Positions 50,919-64,000 of a DNA stretch of 64,000 nucleotides are shown here, one piece after another. Source of the DNA: Hydrolagus affinis. Taxonomy: Eukaryota. The position numbers and the translations under genes are program-made. Position 1 is the stretch's first letter, and every line of letters begins with the position of its first letter. The stretch lies in assembly GCA_012026655.1 (NCBI GenBank), contig JAAILG010001350.1:1-64000 (forward strand), given 5' to 3'. The notes beneath the pieces were generated by a model. It did not search any database. It was not told where the DNA came from and worked only from the letters and a program-made list of their open reading frames with translations.

Positions 50919-51329
50919 CGTATGTCATGGATTTTTAAAAGCCATGATCAAATCTCATGCTGTTATATCCGTGCTTATTTGTGCACTAAATAGACTTGTG
51001 TATCTGAAGGGAGCATGGACACCTTTGACATTAGTTCTAAGTCACATACTCACTAATGAAACTCAAAGGTCTTACATAAGAACATATAAGTCTTCTTTGT
51101 CAGTAAATCAATAGGGGGCCACATTGTTGTTGCCAGTGGTGTCATTGCAAGTAGCATGTGGATAATTGCAGGATTTTTCCACAATACATAACAATTCAAA
51201 ACAAACATAATAACACAATAATAGGAATAATCCATGCTTTTGACACAGCAGGTCAGGAGAGTACGGTATCTCAAAGTGCTTCGCGGGATTTACTGTTGAG
51301 AGTAGAGATTGCATATTTGTAGGACAATG

Positions 51330-51465
51330 AGGCTTCCAATTTGCACACAGGAATCCCCAAAACAGTGATGAAGTGAATGCATAATCTTATCTGGGGGATT
51401 GTTGACTAGGTTACAGGGAGAAACTCCCTGTTCTTTTTGAATAGTTCCTTGGGATGTTTAACATA
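51330..51465 (-). mobile_element. Deu-domain-like SINE fragment
   Basis: Reverse complement reads ATCCCAAGGAACTATTCAAAAAGAACAGGGAGTTTCTCCC...TGTGTGCAAATTGG. Confidence 0.5.
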
Positions 51466-51519
51466 ATGTAGTTATTCCTCCAGCAATATACTGGAGGTTT
51501 GTCTGATTTAAAATTGAAT

Positions 51520-51640
51520 TATAATAATAATAATCCTTGCATTTGATAATGGCGCATCATCACGTCTTCGAGACGCTTCACAGCGTATACTGTAAAGTGA
51601 ATTGACTATATTTTGTGGACGGAACACGTCAGTCAATTGC
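51520..51640 (-). mobile_element. SINE 3' tail fragment
   Basis: Reverse complement of the family tail. Confidence 0.75.
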
Positions 51641-52007
51641 AATTTTTAGCAAATGGTACCAAGGGACATGGCTTCCTCCATTTTGTCCTTTTAAAATGCG
51701 ACACAGAATTTTGGAGCTTTGTCAACCATGGAGGAATAAATATTTGATATCTTCTAGAAAGCCAAATGCACTGCGCAGAAATAATCTCAACTCAATTTTG
51801 CCAAGATGCAGAGTTGCCAAGAGTACTACTGTTGCTATTTGGAATGAAACTGAATTAAATTGATAATGCAGGTACAGTACTGGGTATGTGTCTTAAAGAG
51901 GATGTTGTTCACAGCGGATCAATGAGAGCTGGTCATTGTTACTTTAAAAACCCCTCAGTAGACAGTCCTATGTCAATGGAATGCACCAATTACTTTAGGG
52001 TATCCTG

Positions 52008-52321
52008 AATAATAATAATAATAATAATGATAATAATAATCCTTGCATTTTTATATCGCACTTTTCACGTCTTCCAGACATCTCAAAGCGCTTCACAGAC
52101 TATACTGTAAATTGAATTGACTGTGTATTTGTGGGCGAAACGTGGCAGCCAATTGCGCACAACAGCATCCCCCACAAACAGTCGTGGATTGAAATGACCA
52201 ATTTATTATTGTTTTTTTTAAGGGATTATTATTAGGCGTGTGTGTGGAGTAAGGAAACTTGCCCAAGGTTTCGCCCTGACTGGAATCAAACCCAGGTCTC
52301 TCACTTTGTAAGGTGAGTGCT
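52008..52321 (-). mobile_element. Near full-length SINE
   Basis: Reverse-complement copy of the family; extreme 5' head clipped. Confidence 0.88.
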
Positions 52322-52339
52322 GATGTGTCGAGCGGTTTG

Positions 52340-52600
52340 CAAGACACATGCGTGTTTATCTGTGTGCGTGTTTCCTTGGCTGTCTGCCCGGCTGTGTGTG
52401 CGTATCGATGCGGCGATACGTGCATGTGAATGTGCAAATGTCCATCTGCGTGTTTATGTGTGTCTGGCGTGGGGTACCCATGTGGGTGTACGTTCCTGCG
52501 TGTTGATATGCAGGTATCTGTGTTTCTCCCCCAGACCTATGTTTCAGCATACACGCACACGCGCACACCAAGCACACACCAGGCATATGTACATACAGCA
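52340..52600. repeat. Degenerate (TG)-rich then (CA)-rich low-complexity tract
   Basis: Direct reading. Confidence 0.7.
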
Positions 52601-55600
52601 TTCAGAGCACAAGAACTCAGAGAAAGAGAGAAGAAAATGTATCCCTCGACATTATGTTGAATAGAGCAAATGAGTGATTGGCAGGATCTAAAGTTTGTGA
52701 GGAAATATAATGAATATATAATTTTAGTGTAATTCAGGGTTTCAGAAAATTTGATCATTGTAATGTAAAAATAGCAGGAAGGTTTCTGTTCTACCTCGAT
52801 AAGAGATTCAAACACAAATCAGCCCTTTCTGCAACTGAGGACCTTCATTTGTCCTTCAGACTCTAATTAGAAAGTGCTGCATGACTGTCATTTCTAAGTG
52901 TATTATTAGTGTGAATTTGCAGGAAACTTAGAGGGTTTTCTTCTGCATAGAGACATTATTTTATCTCCATAAATGATTGTCTCACCTGTTGAGAATATTC
53001 TGTCTGTGTTTATTGCATTCTTTCCAAAATGTTCTCATCGTCTAGAAATAAATAATATTCCTTGATTGTTATAAGGAGCTTGAGTAATCAATATAAGTGC
53101 CTTATCTCATTGATCAGGCACTTCACAGAATATATTGATAAGTGGATTGACTGTGTATTTTGTGGATGAAACAAAGGTATTAACTCATCTGATACAATTC
53201 TGCCGGCGTCAGTCCGGGCAGTGAAACTTGCCAAATGTTTAGGACATCACAGACAATCCACCATCTTCTTCTCAGAAGTCAGCTATCAGAGATGGACACG
53301 AACCCTGGCAAATTGATCTCCTTAACCGGGTTCCTTTCCTCAACTGTGATGATACCTCTACACGTATGTAGCTTGGCGTCACTCACTGTCAAAGCTCCTC
53401 TATGAAGAATGACCATTTGGTCAACATACAGGCTGTGTGTAGCCTTCAATGAAAACAAAGCATCATGCTTTTGTTGAGCTGTGTCTTTATCTCACGCAAG
53501 ATTCCCCAGGGATAGGCAATAAGAGCAGCAGCCTACATTATGTTGCCCTGACAAATATTTTTTCAGTACACACAGTGAAGTCGCGTTGTATATAATGGTT
53601 AAGACAAATTATCACAAACATTGACTGTAAATAGATTTATCTTTAACGAGACTGGATATACGCAACAATGTTTTTACTGTAATTTGATTTACATACAAAT
53701 GATTAATGTTTTTTTGATGCATATTTACTCAGGTTATTTGGCAAAATGAAGACATTACTGTAATTTTCCAAGTAACAGCTGGACTTCAATGTTATAGAAC
53801 ACCATGGCTCACTTTGGGGATCACTGCTCCACTTAGCACTGCCACAGAAGCCATACGTAGGAGCAGAATGACTGAACTCTGAGCCCTGTTATAGATCCAT
53901 TCAGTCATTGACCAGGCTCCAGCTCTCACTCCATCTGTTACAGCAATATATAGCTTTTACAATTGCTACAATTAGTGAGCCTCAACCTTACAGTCTTGGG
54001 AGGTAGGGGAATTGAATCATATGACAACAGCGCAGTTATCAGAATACCTCCCAAGGACATTGCTTCTGCAGGGAAATTTAACATAAACTACATATTCTCA
54101 CTTTGAATGCTAGCGAGTCTTATTTGCATTGTGCCAACAGAATGGAATAAATGATACAGTCCATCGGCAATTATATATGGAAGACTTGGTTCATAGTGAT
54201 ATCGATTGAGTTGATAATTGGATAAGAATTAAAACCTCCCACTGCCCCATCCCACAGCAACTTGGATAGCCTCTGGATTTGGTTGCGCGTACGATAAAAA
54301 CAAAATGCAACAAAAGTCAATCCAATTCAAAGCAAATCCTGTGAGGTGCATTGACACGTCTCTCAATAACGTGATAAGGCGCTGAATCGAATGCACGATT
54401 CATCGTCAGTGAAAAATTGGAAGATTTAATATGTGGAATATGTGGTGTCATTGGTGCTCAAATGGCACAACTATATGATACACACACAGCACAGTTTACA
54501 GTTTAAAACAGCCGAACAGAGCCCTCAGTTTCATCTACAACAACATGGAAGTACATGTGCTTACTAACATGGAAATTCACAGTTTGTAATTGTTATAATT
54601 GTGTAGCCTTCAGCTCGTGAAATACAAAAAGAGTTTATTGATGAGAATTGGTTAAATTTTTAATGTGTCTTTGTACAACCGTTAAAGTGATCAGAACTTT
54701 GCAGACATTTGCTGTCCTCGGTATTCAAATGGCCACAATCTGGCTAGGAGTATCTTCTTATTTGTAGATGAATTATTTCACTGTTCTTGTTCAAACTGTC
54801 AATTCCTTATTGCAGTGAATGTGTTGAAAAGGATGAACTGGAAGCCATTTTAACGTGGCAGATTCAGGTATGTGTATATCAATACGTCAAATGCTTTGTC
54901 TCGTCAGACGAGTTTGAAAATGTCCCATTCTTTTTCAATTTGCGCCGTGTACAGGTTTCCATGGGTCAGTTACAACAGCTGGCCGGGCCATTAACTTCCT
55001 GGTGTAAGTTTGCTCTCAGCAGGTAATGAAAATGCTATTAACTGTACTCTAATTTCTGCCTCGTATCTTCCTTCCCTGCAGTTCTTTCTAATCATTTTCA
55101 ACTTATCAATATCATTTTCCACTCTGTGTGAATCAACCCTTCAACAAAAAAATGACCAGTTTCTAATAAGCACATGATTATTCTAACTGCTGGTAGAGTG
55201 TAAATCTTCTCTACAGTGCACGTTCAAAGGGAAAACCTGCTGAACAATGAACACTACATATTTGTTAAATGTTAGCAAACAATTTGGTATATAAAAAAAA
55301 TTAATACATAGGTCAACAAACACCTTTCTGGTATCTTTTTCCAATTATTTTGGTCTCCGCCTTTTCCCAGAAATTCTAGCAATGAAACACCTCATTTCCT
55401 TTCTGCTCATAGATTGAAACTAAAACACTGGCAAAGTTGTCTTATTATTATCATCTTGCCTGCCATCCACCACCAAATAAATGGTTGAAATTCGAGAGGA
55501 TATTGAACATGGCTCAGGACCTTTGTAACACGAAACCACTGGGAGGCCAGAATAATCTGTAGTAATGGGTATCAGCACAATTTTATGTAGGTATTATGCA

Positions 55601-57934
55601 ATGGCATGCCTTAACCTTGCAATGTTTCTGAACAATTTGTCTCATATCAATACAGCAGAACATTGATTTCTCGATACCACTGCTCGAAGCTGAACTGTGC
55701 CCCTGTGTAAACCACAAAATAATTGTTGTCTAGTTCTACTTAAGGAGTGACCATTGTAGGCTGAATGACCTTTTCTCATTTCATGCATTGTGATATAATT
55801 GTACAGCATCTACAGCACTGGACTCAGGTGACAGAGATGTCAGAGTGTTTTCTAATGCTGGAACACATTGGGACATAAAGAACTCTATTTGGTTCATTTT
55901 TTAAATAATTAAAATTGTTTCAATGCAAAGTTCACAATAATGCAAAGATTATAATCAAATTCTGCCCACTTATTTGAATTAAATACTTTTTTTTTAATTT
56001 GAATTACACCACAAACAGAGGCATTGGGATCTTATGAAAATCATTAGATAAGCACCATTAGATAAGCACATTCCTGGCAGGCAAAATCCCCCCACAAAAA
56101 AAATAGCATTTGTACCTTAAAGTTCATAGGAGGCAAGAATTTACTAACTGTAAAAAACTAACTGTCCAAATTATGCCAGGTCCATTTCTTCTTTTGTAGA
56201 AATGCAGGCCATTGGATGCTTTTTTGAGGCGCATAAACAGTACAGCATGTGTACAGTATAATAGACAACTTTATATAACCCTGCAATAAAGGAAACCAGA
56301 AAGAAAAACACAACTTGGAATATAAGTAAATAGATTTAGTCGCTATGCTAAATTTTCTTTTTTTAAAAAACTACGCCCATGCCTTGTTCATGCGTCAGTG
56401 TCTGTGGATGACTTTGTATTTTTTTGCCTCCTTTGGCCTTTTCGACATTCGATGTTACTCACAAACCGCTATGCCTCTCAACAAAATGCAGTCTCCTCAA
56501 CCTAATACGGTAACATTTGTTCACTGTTGACTGCTGAACTCGAAGAGGATAAAAACAAATACTTGTATATGTTGCACAGAATCCCCTATCACTGTCACCC
56601 ATCTTTTCCTTAATGTGCCAAACACAAGCACCACCTTTTTTTTTATTTTCATTTCGTCTGTGAAATAGCATTGCTTCAAGGGCCTCCCAAATCAGGCGCC
56701 TTTCACTTGTCCTTAATACTACCCATCATATAACCCACCTCAGCTCAATTCAGATTCCGTAGAGATGTCGACAACACAAACATAAAAGACGTTGTGCGAA
56801 ATATAACATTTATTTGGTTCAAAGAAAACGCCGCTCCAAGGCTTTCCAACCACAAGGCTCAATTCACATTTGATGCCTTTGTTGCCACGAGGATATTTTG
56901 ACTGCATTAATACCGGTGGTGCTGTAAATTTAGCATGAAAATTCCAATATATCGAAGAGCAACTCTGCCTCCAGCAAAATCCAATAAACTAAGATAACAA
57001 TGCTGGACTGATGCTCCATCAGTTCCATTATAATACCTGAAACTGACAAGCTCCCCAGAAGTAATGCATGCTGAATCAATCTACCGTATCTATTTACTGG
57101 CGCAAGTCTACCATTTGGCCAGGAGCTCAAAACGCTGTCGCCTCAGCCTTCAGATCATTGCCTTAGAGTTTGACATTGTGTAGAATTTGGGTGAATTCTT
57201 AAATTCGATCTCAATTTGGAAGATGGTTTTACCGCAATTCTTCTAAAGTTTTGCAGAAGGGGGAAAGAAAACGGCTTCCAAATTGAGACTGAACTTACGA
57301 GTTTCCGCACCATCTTATCCCTTAAGTCATGACAGCAGTCGTATGCCTGAGACAATGAACAGTGTTAGGTTTCCGGTTGGTAGACATGAGGCACATGTAC
57401 AGTGCAGGCCTATATCTACGCAGGCACCGCTAACAAACAGCCTTTCGAACCAGCTTGGAGTGAGTGAGATGAGGTTATTTTAAAGTGCTTTTAAAAAGGT
57501 TGGTGCCAATTCGAGAACAATGCACAAAACAGTGAGAGGCTGCTCGTGATCCTGGCTCCTCTCTATAACAGAGTGTGTTTTCTTTCTCCCAATGAAACCA
57601 AACCACTAACATTCCACAGTGAGCGACATTTTAAAGGGAGGGTGTTTTACGAGTCCCGTATAGTGTTGCTGTCCAAGAGAAGCGGAATGATTGAGAGATT
57701 AATGTGAAAGATTAATAGTGGAGGCAACAGTAACTCACGCAGCACAACAGCAAGGCGGAGCAGGGGAGCAGGGAGGGGAAATCAGAGGCAATGATGGAAA
57801 ATCTATTCGTCTTTTATTTCTCCTGCTTGGAGCCTTAATAAAGAGATGAGAATTTACAAAAAGTAGAATGCACAACGGACCAAAAAGCCAAAAGCCAACC
57901 TGAAGATTTCCTGAAGGACCATCTCATAGAACAT

Positions 57935-58582
57935 TACGTATAAGGCGTTTTGACATGGCAGTTGAGATGAAGCTATTTCCACTGGTAGACAACTCAGTGA
58001 CAAGAAGACAACGCCATATAATAGTCACTAGAGATTTTTTTCCTACAGAGATTTCTTGAAAAATAGAATGCCCTACTGAGTAAGGTGGTAGAGGCGGAGT
58101 TTAATGTGGATTTCAAGAGGGACTGTATGTTTGAACGATAAAGGCTTGAAGGCCTTTAATAATAATAATCCTTGTATTTGATATGGCGCTTTTCACGTCT
58201 TCTAGACATCTCAAAGCGCTTCACAGATAATATACTGTAAAGTGAATTGACTGTATCCTTGTGGGTGAAACGCAGCAGCCAATTGTGCACAGCAGAGTCC
58301 CACAAACACTCATGGATTGAAATGACCAATTATATTATAGGTTTCTTTGGAGGGATTATTATTAGGTGTGTGTTTGTGTGTGTGTGGAGTAAGGAAACTT
58401 GTCCAAGGTTTCGCCCTCACCTGCCTGGATTCGAACACAGGTCTCATGCTTGTAAGGCGAGTGCTCTAACCACTGAGCTACAGTATAGGGATAGATAGCC
58501 TGGGACAATGGAATTGCTCAAGAGAGCTGGTGCAGATTTATTGGGATTGAATAGTCTCCTTCTACACTATCAATTTCTATGA
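57935..58582 (+). mobile_element. Degenerate CR1-type LINE 3' end, interrupted by a SINE
   Basis: CTATTTCCACTGGTAG...GGTGGTAGAGGC...TTTCAAGAGG before the SINE, and TATAGGGATAGA...CTCCTTCT...TTTCTATG after it. Confidence 0.6.
58158..58483 (-). mobile_element. Full-length SINE nested in a CR1 fragment
   Basis: Reverse complement of the family from (AAT)n tail to CACTGAGCTACAG head. Confidence 0.9.
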
Positions 58583-59251
58583 TACCCAGAAAGATTACTA
58601 TCAGTTACGTACAAATTCAGGGTTCCTAATAGTCAAAATAGTCTGAAAACGCACCAACAACAGAACAACTAGTGATCATGACCTCTTTAACAAATCACAT
58701 ACTTTTGGTAAACATATGTCTGTAATGTGCCTCTGAATTTCTCAAGCATCTGTCCAGTCCATCTGTGTGTGCACAGTCTCTATGCACAATTCCCCTCCAC
58801 CCGTGATAGTTTTGTATGTTAGGTGGGGTAATAACAGAGTGATGATGAAGACAAGTAAAACAAGGACAGCTGCCCCCGAAATTTTATCCTGGCTGTTTGT
58901 TAAGATCACAAAAGGACTCGGAGAAATTGAACACCCTTGGTCAAATCACCGATATCCTTTGACAGCAAGGCAGCATTAATCTCTCGTCCACATTTTGGCA
59001 GAATTCATTTTGGTACCCATCACTTCAAATCAATTTCAGACAAGAATAATCTAAGGATGTTTTTTTAACCATTAACAGTGCAGCAGGCTGGCAGACTCAT
59101 GCATAAAGGGAGCTTGTGATTTTTAAATACTAAATCCAAATGGCAGCTTTAAAGGGGGGAAAAAAACATTGTATTTGTCACTAGAGGTAGTGTGGCTTTG
59201 GAGATGTGCGATGTGAGAATAAGATTTTCCCATTAAAAGCAATACCATTAT

Positions 59252-59903
59252 GGAAGAATTTAGCTTGGATTAATCAAAGCATGAGCATTCTATCTGCTGA
59301 AAAATCGCCACCTTTTAAGGGTGCTTTCAAAGTTAGTGACAAGTGGAATATCTCACCTATTGCACATTTCAAAATCGAGTCGTCCTTTAGAAGGACAGCA
59401 CTATTTCTGAAATCCAGAGCTAAGAAGACTGGCAGCTAACCAAATGCCACAAGGATGGCACTTCAAAAGCTCCCGACGTGAAAGGCGCTCTATAAATGTA
59501 ATTTGTTGTTGTTGTTGAGTTTATTTGATAATAATAATAATAATAATAATAATCCTCGCGTTTGATGCAGTGCCATATCACGTCGTTGAGAAGTCTCAAA
59601 GCCCTTCACAGAATATACTGTAAAGTGACTGTATAGATTTTATGGGCAAACGTATACACTATTATTACTATTACTGTACTACAATTGTGAACTCCAACCT
59701 GCGTTTATTTTTTAATGGCGTCAGTTCCATGCACTTAAGGGACGCAAAATCTAGAACATTTCACAATAGATTTAATGCGCCAATGATTGTTTTCTGCAAA
59801 CCTTACAAGAAATGACATTGTGCTTTGAAAGCACCCTTAAAGGGTGGCAATTTTTCAGTAGATAGAATGCTCATGCTTTGATTAATCCAAGCTAAATTCT
59901 TCC
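59252..59903. repeat. 81-bp inverted repeat (59252-59332 and 59823-59903) with a 490-bp spacer
   Basis: Arms compared by hand: 78/81 identical in reverse complement. Confidence 0.92.
59470..59650. mobile_element. Back-to-back L2-type tail (+, 59470-59517) and SINE tail (-, 59530-59650)
   Basis: TCCCGACGTGAAAGGCGCTCTATAAATGTAATT(TGT)n followed by (AAT)n and a reverse-complement SINE tail. Confidence 0.7.
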
Positions 59904-62900
59904 TTAAAGCAGTGTCCATTTTAGGAACAAACGAGAACATTTGGAGGCAAGTGGTTAATCTGGATCAATGCTATTTCTCATCAAGAGGAACACATTAAAT
60001 TGCAAAGCATGGATTAGAGCTATTAATAATATACATCAAGTATTGTATAAGCAACAGTCAAAGCAAAGTCAACAACAAATGATTTTGATCAAATTGTTTG
60101 TTGACAGTGAAATGACATTGTGTTTGCGATGTTTATCTACATTAAAACCTCAAACACGAATCATACATTGTATTCAGATTCTCATCTATTTGATTGTGTA
60201 CATTGTGTTAAGTTCATGCTAATTGGGCACTGCCCTCAGTTAATGTAAATGCTGACACAACTGATAATGTGTGCCCTTTGGGTTCTGCTGTTCTGCAGGA
60301 GGTCAAATAGAATATCTTTAAGGAATCCATCACTGGTAGAGAGCACAGCTGATCCACCGTCATTCAAAGCCTAATATTGCATTGGTCTGTGCTGGAAGGC
60401 TCGAACATCTGCTAAAAAGGCAATTACATTTGCTGGCATATGGAAAGCTTTCACAGTATAGCATTGCTGCCAACGAACACTGAAATACCAGACTTAACAG
60501 TTCTGAAGATTCAGACTCTGAGATTTAATATTTGTCACAGTGGTTCAGGTCTTGTCCTGCATGTGTGTGCCAAATCAATATTTTGGAATTGAAATGCAAA
60601 TGTGCATTTTTGGAAAATAAGAAGGTCTATATGGTGAACGTGAAACAACGTTAGCTACCGATTTAATTAAATCAAAATGCTGGCATAAGGTAATCTCCAT
60701 GAATACAGTATTGTCCAGACGAAATGCGTCCAAAGGAATAATTTTAATATAAAATACAATAGGCTAAAGCAAATATTCCCTTCAGCCCCTTGAGTGGTGA
60801 ATGACCTTTGCAGCTTTTGCAAAATGCCATTTATTTTTCTTTTGTCACTTTGTGCGGATGCGCAGTGCCGAGCACAATAGGGTAAAAATGACAGTAGTGT
60901 ACAGTATAAAATGCAAAAGACCTCATTTTCTATGTAGAAAAACCCAATCAATAAGCGCCGAGCTTTCAAAATAAATACAGCAGCATCCCCAACAGAAAGC
61001 AACGCCCTTCAACCCACATGGGCAAAGGACTCTCATTTCAGCTCTTGCAGAACATAAAAATAAATGAATGGCACCTTCTGGATTGCCTTAAACACATGAT
61101 TGCCACACTGTGCAGGCAAGGCTGGTTGGGAAAAAAAATTGAAATCGGAAACCTAATGCTGCAACACAATATAACACAGTTGAATAAGACTATCCGAAAG
61201 AACAAACAGGAAACAAGCAAACAAAAAAACCAAACAAAATTCTTTGTTGATTCGGTTGTAGAAACGAACCCCTTTTGTGTTTTGCACCAAGGACTGCAGT
61301 CAAAGTGATTCGACACTTACAGTAAAAAAAGACCCAACCTCAGCTTGCTTTGCTGCAGGTTTTATAGCAGTGCGACATGGCCTCCAAGTCAGGCCAGACA
61401 CTGCAGATACTGCAAAGCTTCTTTGTCACTAATGAGAGAACATTAACTGTTTGTTGTGTTTTTTTTGGGGTTTGTCTTTTCTTTTTCTTCCCCGCTCCAA
61501 CGTTCCCCCCGAAACTTGACGTTTCAAATGCATTTCCATTCCCTTGTCATTAACTCAAATCAAATCAAACGTTTCCAGGAGCGGTCTTGCAATCTGTTAC
61601 GATTTTCATGCATCTCGAATTGTAGAAACTAGATTACTGATCAATCGAAAATGAATAATTGATTACTTGCATTTATACATACAATAGATCAAGCGGTCAG
61701 AATTAAATACAGTCACGTTTTCATTCCCTTTGTCTGTTTGCCTGTGCATTATGCATTTCAATAGATACTGTACATAGAATTAACTTTTACGAATATTTAA
61801 TAATTTATATCTGTTTTATTGCTTGCTTTGCATTAGTTCTACTTGCTGCACATTCTATTTTATTGCACCTACAGAATGTTACATCAATACTCTTCGGCTC
61901 AATGACTTTCAGTCGAACTACATTGGGATCGGTCCATCAAACAACCATTTAAATAGTTGTTCATCATAATACATATCGGTTGTACTCAATAATCTGTTTG
62001 CCCCATAGTCTCTATAAATGCAATTTTGTTGTTGCTTGTTGTTTACTCTTATGTGTTCAAAGATAAAAGGACATTTGTCAATTTTACATAATTTGACCTT
62101 ATGTTTGTTTGGCTGTGTGCAACCTTATGTAAGCCATCATTTTCATGAAGCATTTCTGAGCAGAGAACCGTATCTAAAATTATTATAGAAAATCTGAATT
62201 ATGTGATGTGTGATACGTCATTCACACAAAATATTGTGTTGTGTTGCAAACCTATACACATATTGTCTAATTAATTGACTTTGATATTCTGCAGAGTCAA
62301 GCTGTAGCTTCTTTTGCAGAGACCTTTATTATTCCTCAAGGTATTTCCTTTGTATGTTACTGATCAAAAATAATGTACGCTTTGTCATATTTCATATGGC
62401 TATTCTCTTAAAATGTGCCTTATCTGCCTTTTATGATGCTGTCAGACTTGTCATTACCTACCCAGTGACCTCTTCAATGTGAGACCACAATCCGAAATTG
62501 CCACTAATATTCTTTAAAAATTCTCCCAAGATAAAATGATTTGACACTGCCTGATCCTAAGTATGCCCTTGCTACAGTAATGGCTCTATTGCAACTGCAG
62601 CTTGTTAACCGGTACTAATTTCTACTGCATTGGGAGAGGCTATCATTCCAGAGGAATAAAAGATTGTCTGTCCCTTAGCAGCACTGCGAGGAGGCACTTT
62701 TGTTTCAATATTCCTTAAAACGCAGTTGGCTTTCCACAAAGATTTGTACCATAAAGAAACAACTCAAAAAGCCTCAGCTACTCGTGAAACCACAGAATAA
62801 CTGTCTTTTTGTCTGTATGTTTTCCACTTGCTGTTAATTCGTAATACAGTGACATGAATCAATAAAGCTTGTTAAAACAATTATGGGATTTTGCTCCCAT

Positions 62901-62920
62901 GGTAGATAATCTCAGCAAAA

Positions 62921-62969
62921 CACACACACACACACATATATATAAATATATATATATATATACACACAC
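62921..62969. repeat. Compound (CA)n(TA)n(CA)n microsatellite
   Basis: Direct reading. Confidence 0.9.
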
Positions 62970-63880
62970 TAGATGCCTTTGAACATTATCTCTGTAGAAT
63001 CAAACATTTATTTCAATATAATTGACAGCCCCAAGTGTCTCAAAAAAACTGAACGGAAGAGCTGGCGTACAGCATATCTGTAATGAGACATCATTCCATC
63101 CGGTAAATATCCTTCTTTGAAAAATAAAACGTTCCCTGATTGCAGTTTCTCTCGTTTAAAGGTTTCGCTGACCCAGTTTCGGTTGACATTACATGGCCTA
63201 TTTCCATCACAAACGAATATCTACTTAAGGCTTCTGTCTCCCACTGTGCTCGCTGTCAATACTATTTCAGATCAATTTATTCTATTAAAAAAGAGTGATT
63301 TCTTCCCACAAGCTGCTCAAGCCTGCAATCGGCAGGTGGCACTTTTATAATTCACCGTCCGTCCTGGAGAGAAACACCCCATATGATGCCTGGGTGTGAA
63401 CCTTCTACATCGAGCCATGTTTGCCTCACAATGCTTTTGCAGTACACTGACAAAATTGCTGATTGCTCTCCTCTTTCCGTTACTTTATTTATTGAATGCA
63501 TTGATTTTGAAACAGCACTCTACTGGCTGTTTTACCATGAGACTAATCTGCTTTTTTTTCGGTTCACTGTAATTTCAAATGGCAATATGAATCAATAACC
63601 ATGGCTTTTTTTTGCATTATCATTCTTGAAGCATTCGGCAAAATTAATATTCTATATCTATATATATATACACAGCATACAGGTACTATTATTAAAGCTA
63701 ATGAGTACATGTGTCTTCACTGTGAATCTGTGGAGCAGCAATGGATTCCATGAACAAATGAAAAACTGCAGTCACAAGGCATTTTTCTTTATCTATGCAA
63801 AACAATCAAATAAATCTTTTTTAAAAAATGATGAGGAGAGGCATACGATTTAAAAAAATAAATAAAATGTCTTTACGTAC

Positions 63881-63899
63881 CGGCTACAGTGCTGGACAT
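63881..63899 (-). CDS. STMN3: STMN3 first coding exon (MSSTVA-A, 19 nt)
   Basis: ATGTCCAGCACTGTAGCCG|GTACGT; 19-nt phase-1 exon joining to AYKEKMKEL, like the MASTISA start of STMN3. Confidence 0.85.
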
Positions 63900-64000
63900 G
63901 ATGGTAGAGGATGTGGAGCCTCGGAGAGCAGGTCCGATATGGGTCTGTGCTGCAATGCTGTGGAGACAGATGTCTGAATAAAGCACTGACTCATAATGTG

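Noticed and set aside
54787-55026. + strand ORF with donor/acceptor-like sites (54868, 54954, 55023) inside STMN3 intron 1
   Set aside because: No homology recognised, and such sites arise by chance in 19 kb; needs transcript evidence.
44775-64000. REST/NRSE element expected for a neuronal stathmin gene
   Set aside because: No convincing TTCAGCACC-nn-GGACAG match was found by eye in this window.

Overview
Vertebrate genomic DNA, probably a cartilaginous fish. This is inferred from the abundant tRNA-headed SINE with a DeuSINE/SacSINE-like 3' half plus CR1/L2 debris; the species cannot be proven here. Three spliced genes lie in tandem on the minus strand, in the same order as human 20q13.33. 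(1) The 5' part of HELZ2: 7 coding exons, 9294 down to 1183, about 1100 codons, with zinc fingers and the first SF1 helicase domain; it continues off the left edge. (2) Complete GMEB2: 9 coding exons, 30669 to 20072, 536 aa, SAND/KDWK domain, with a CpG-island promoter near 32.4-33.4 kb. (3) Complete STMN3/SCLIP: 5 coding exons, 63899 to 41117, 178 aa, with a 19-kb first intron. All exon boundaries were read by hand and are phase-consistent. No wholly new system is demonstrable. The best leads are: a dense cluster of GMEB-type RCGY sites in the GMEB2 promoter (possible autoregulation); an ISRE + NF-kB + CRE module upstream of HELZ2; an in-frame uORF on HELZ2; an L2 insertion that splits the STMN3 exon 3 acceptor; a GC-AG intron and charge-shifted stathmin domain in STMN3; an 81-bp near-perfect inverted repeat; a CGATAT-rich hAT-type MITE; and an apparent switch in SINE orientation at the CpG island.
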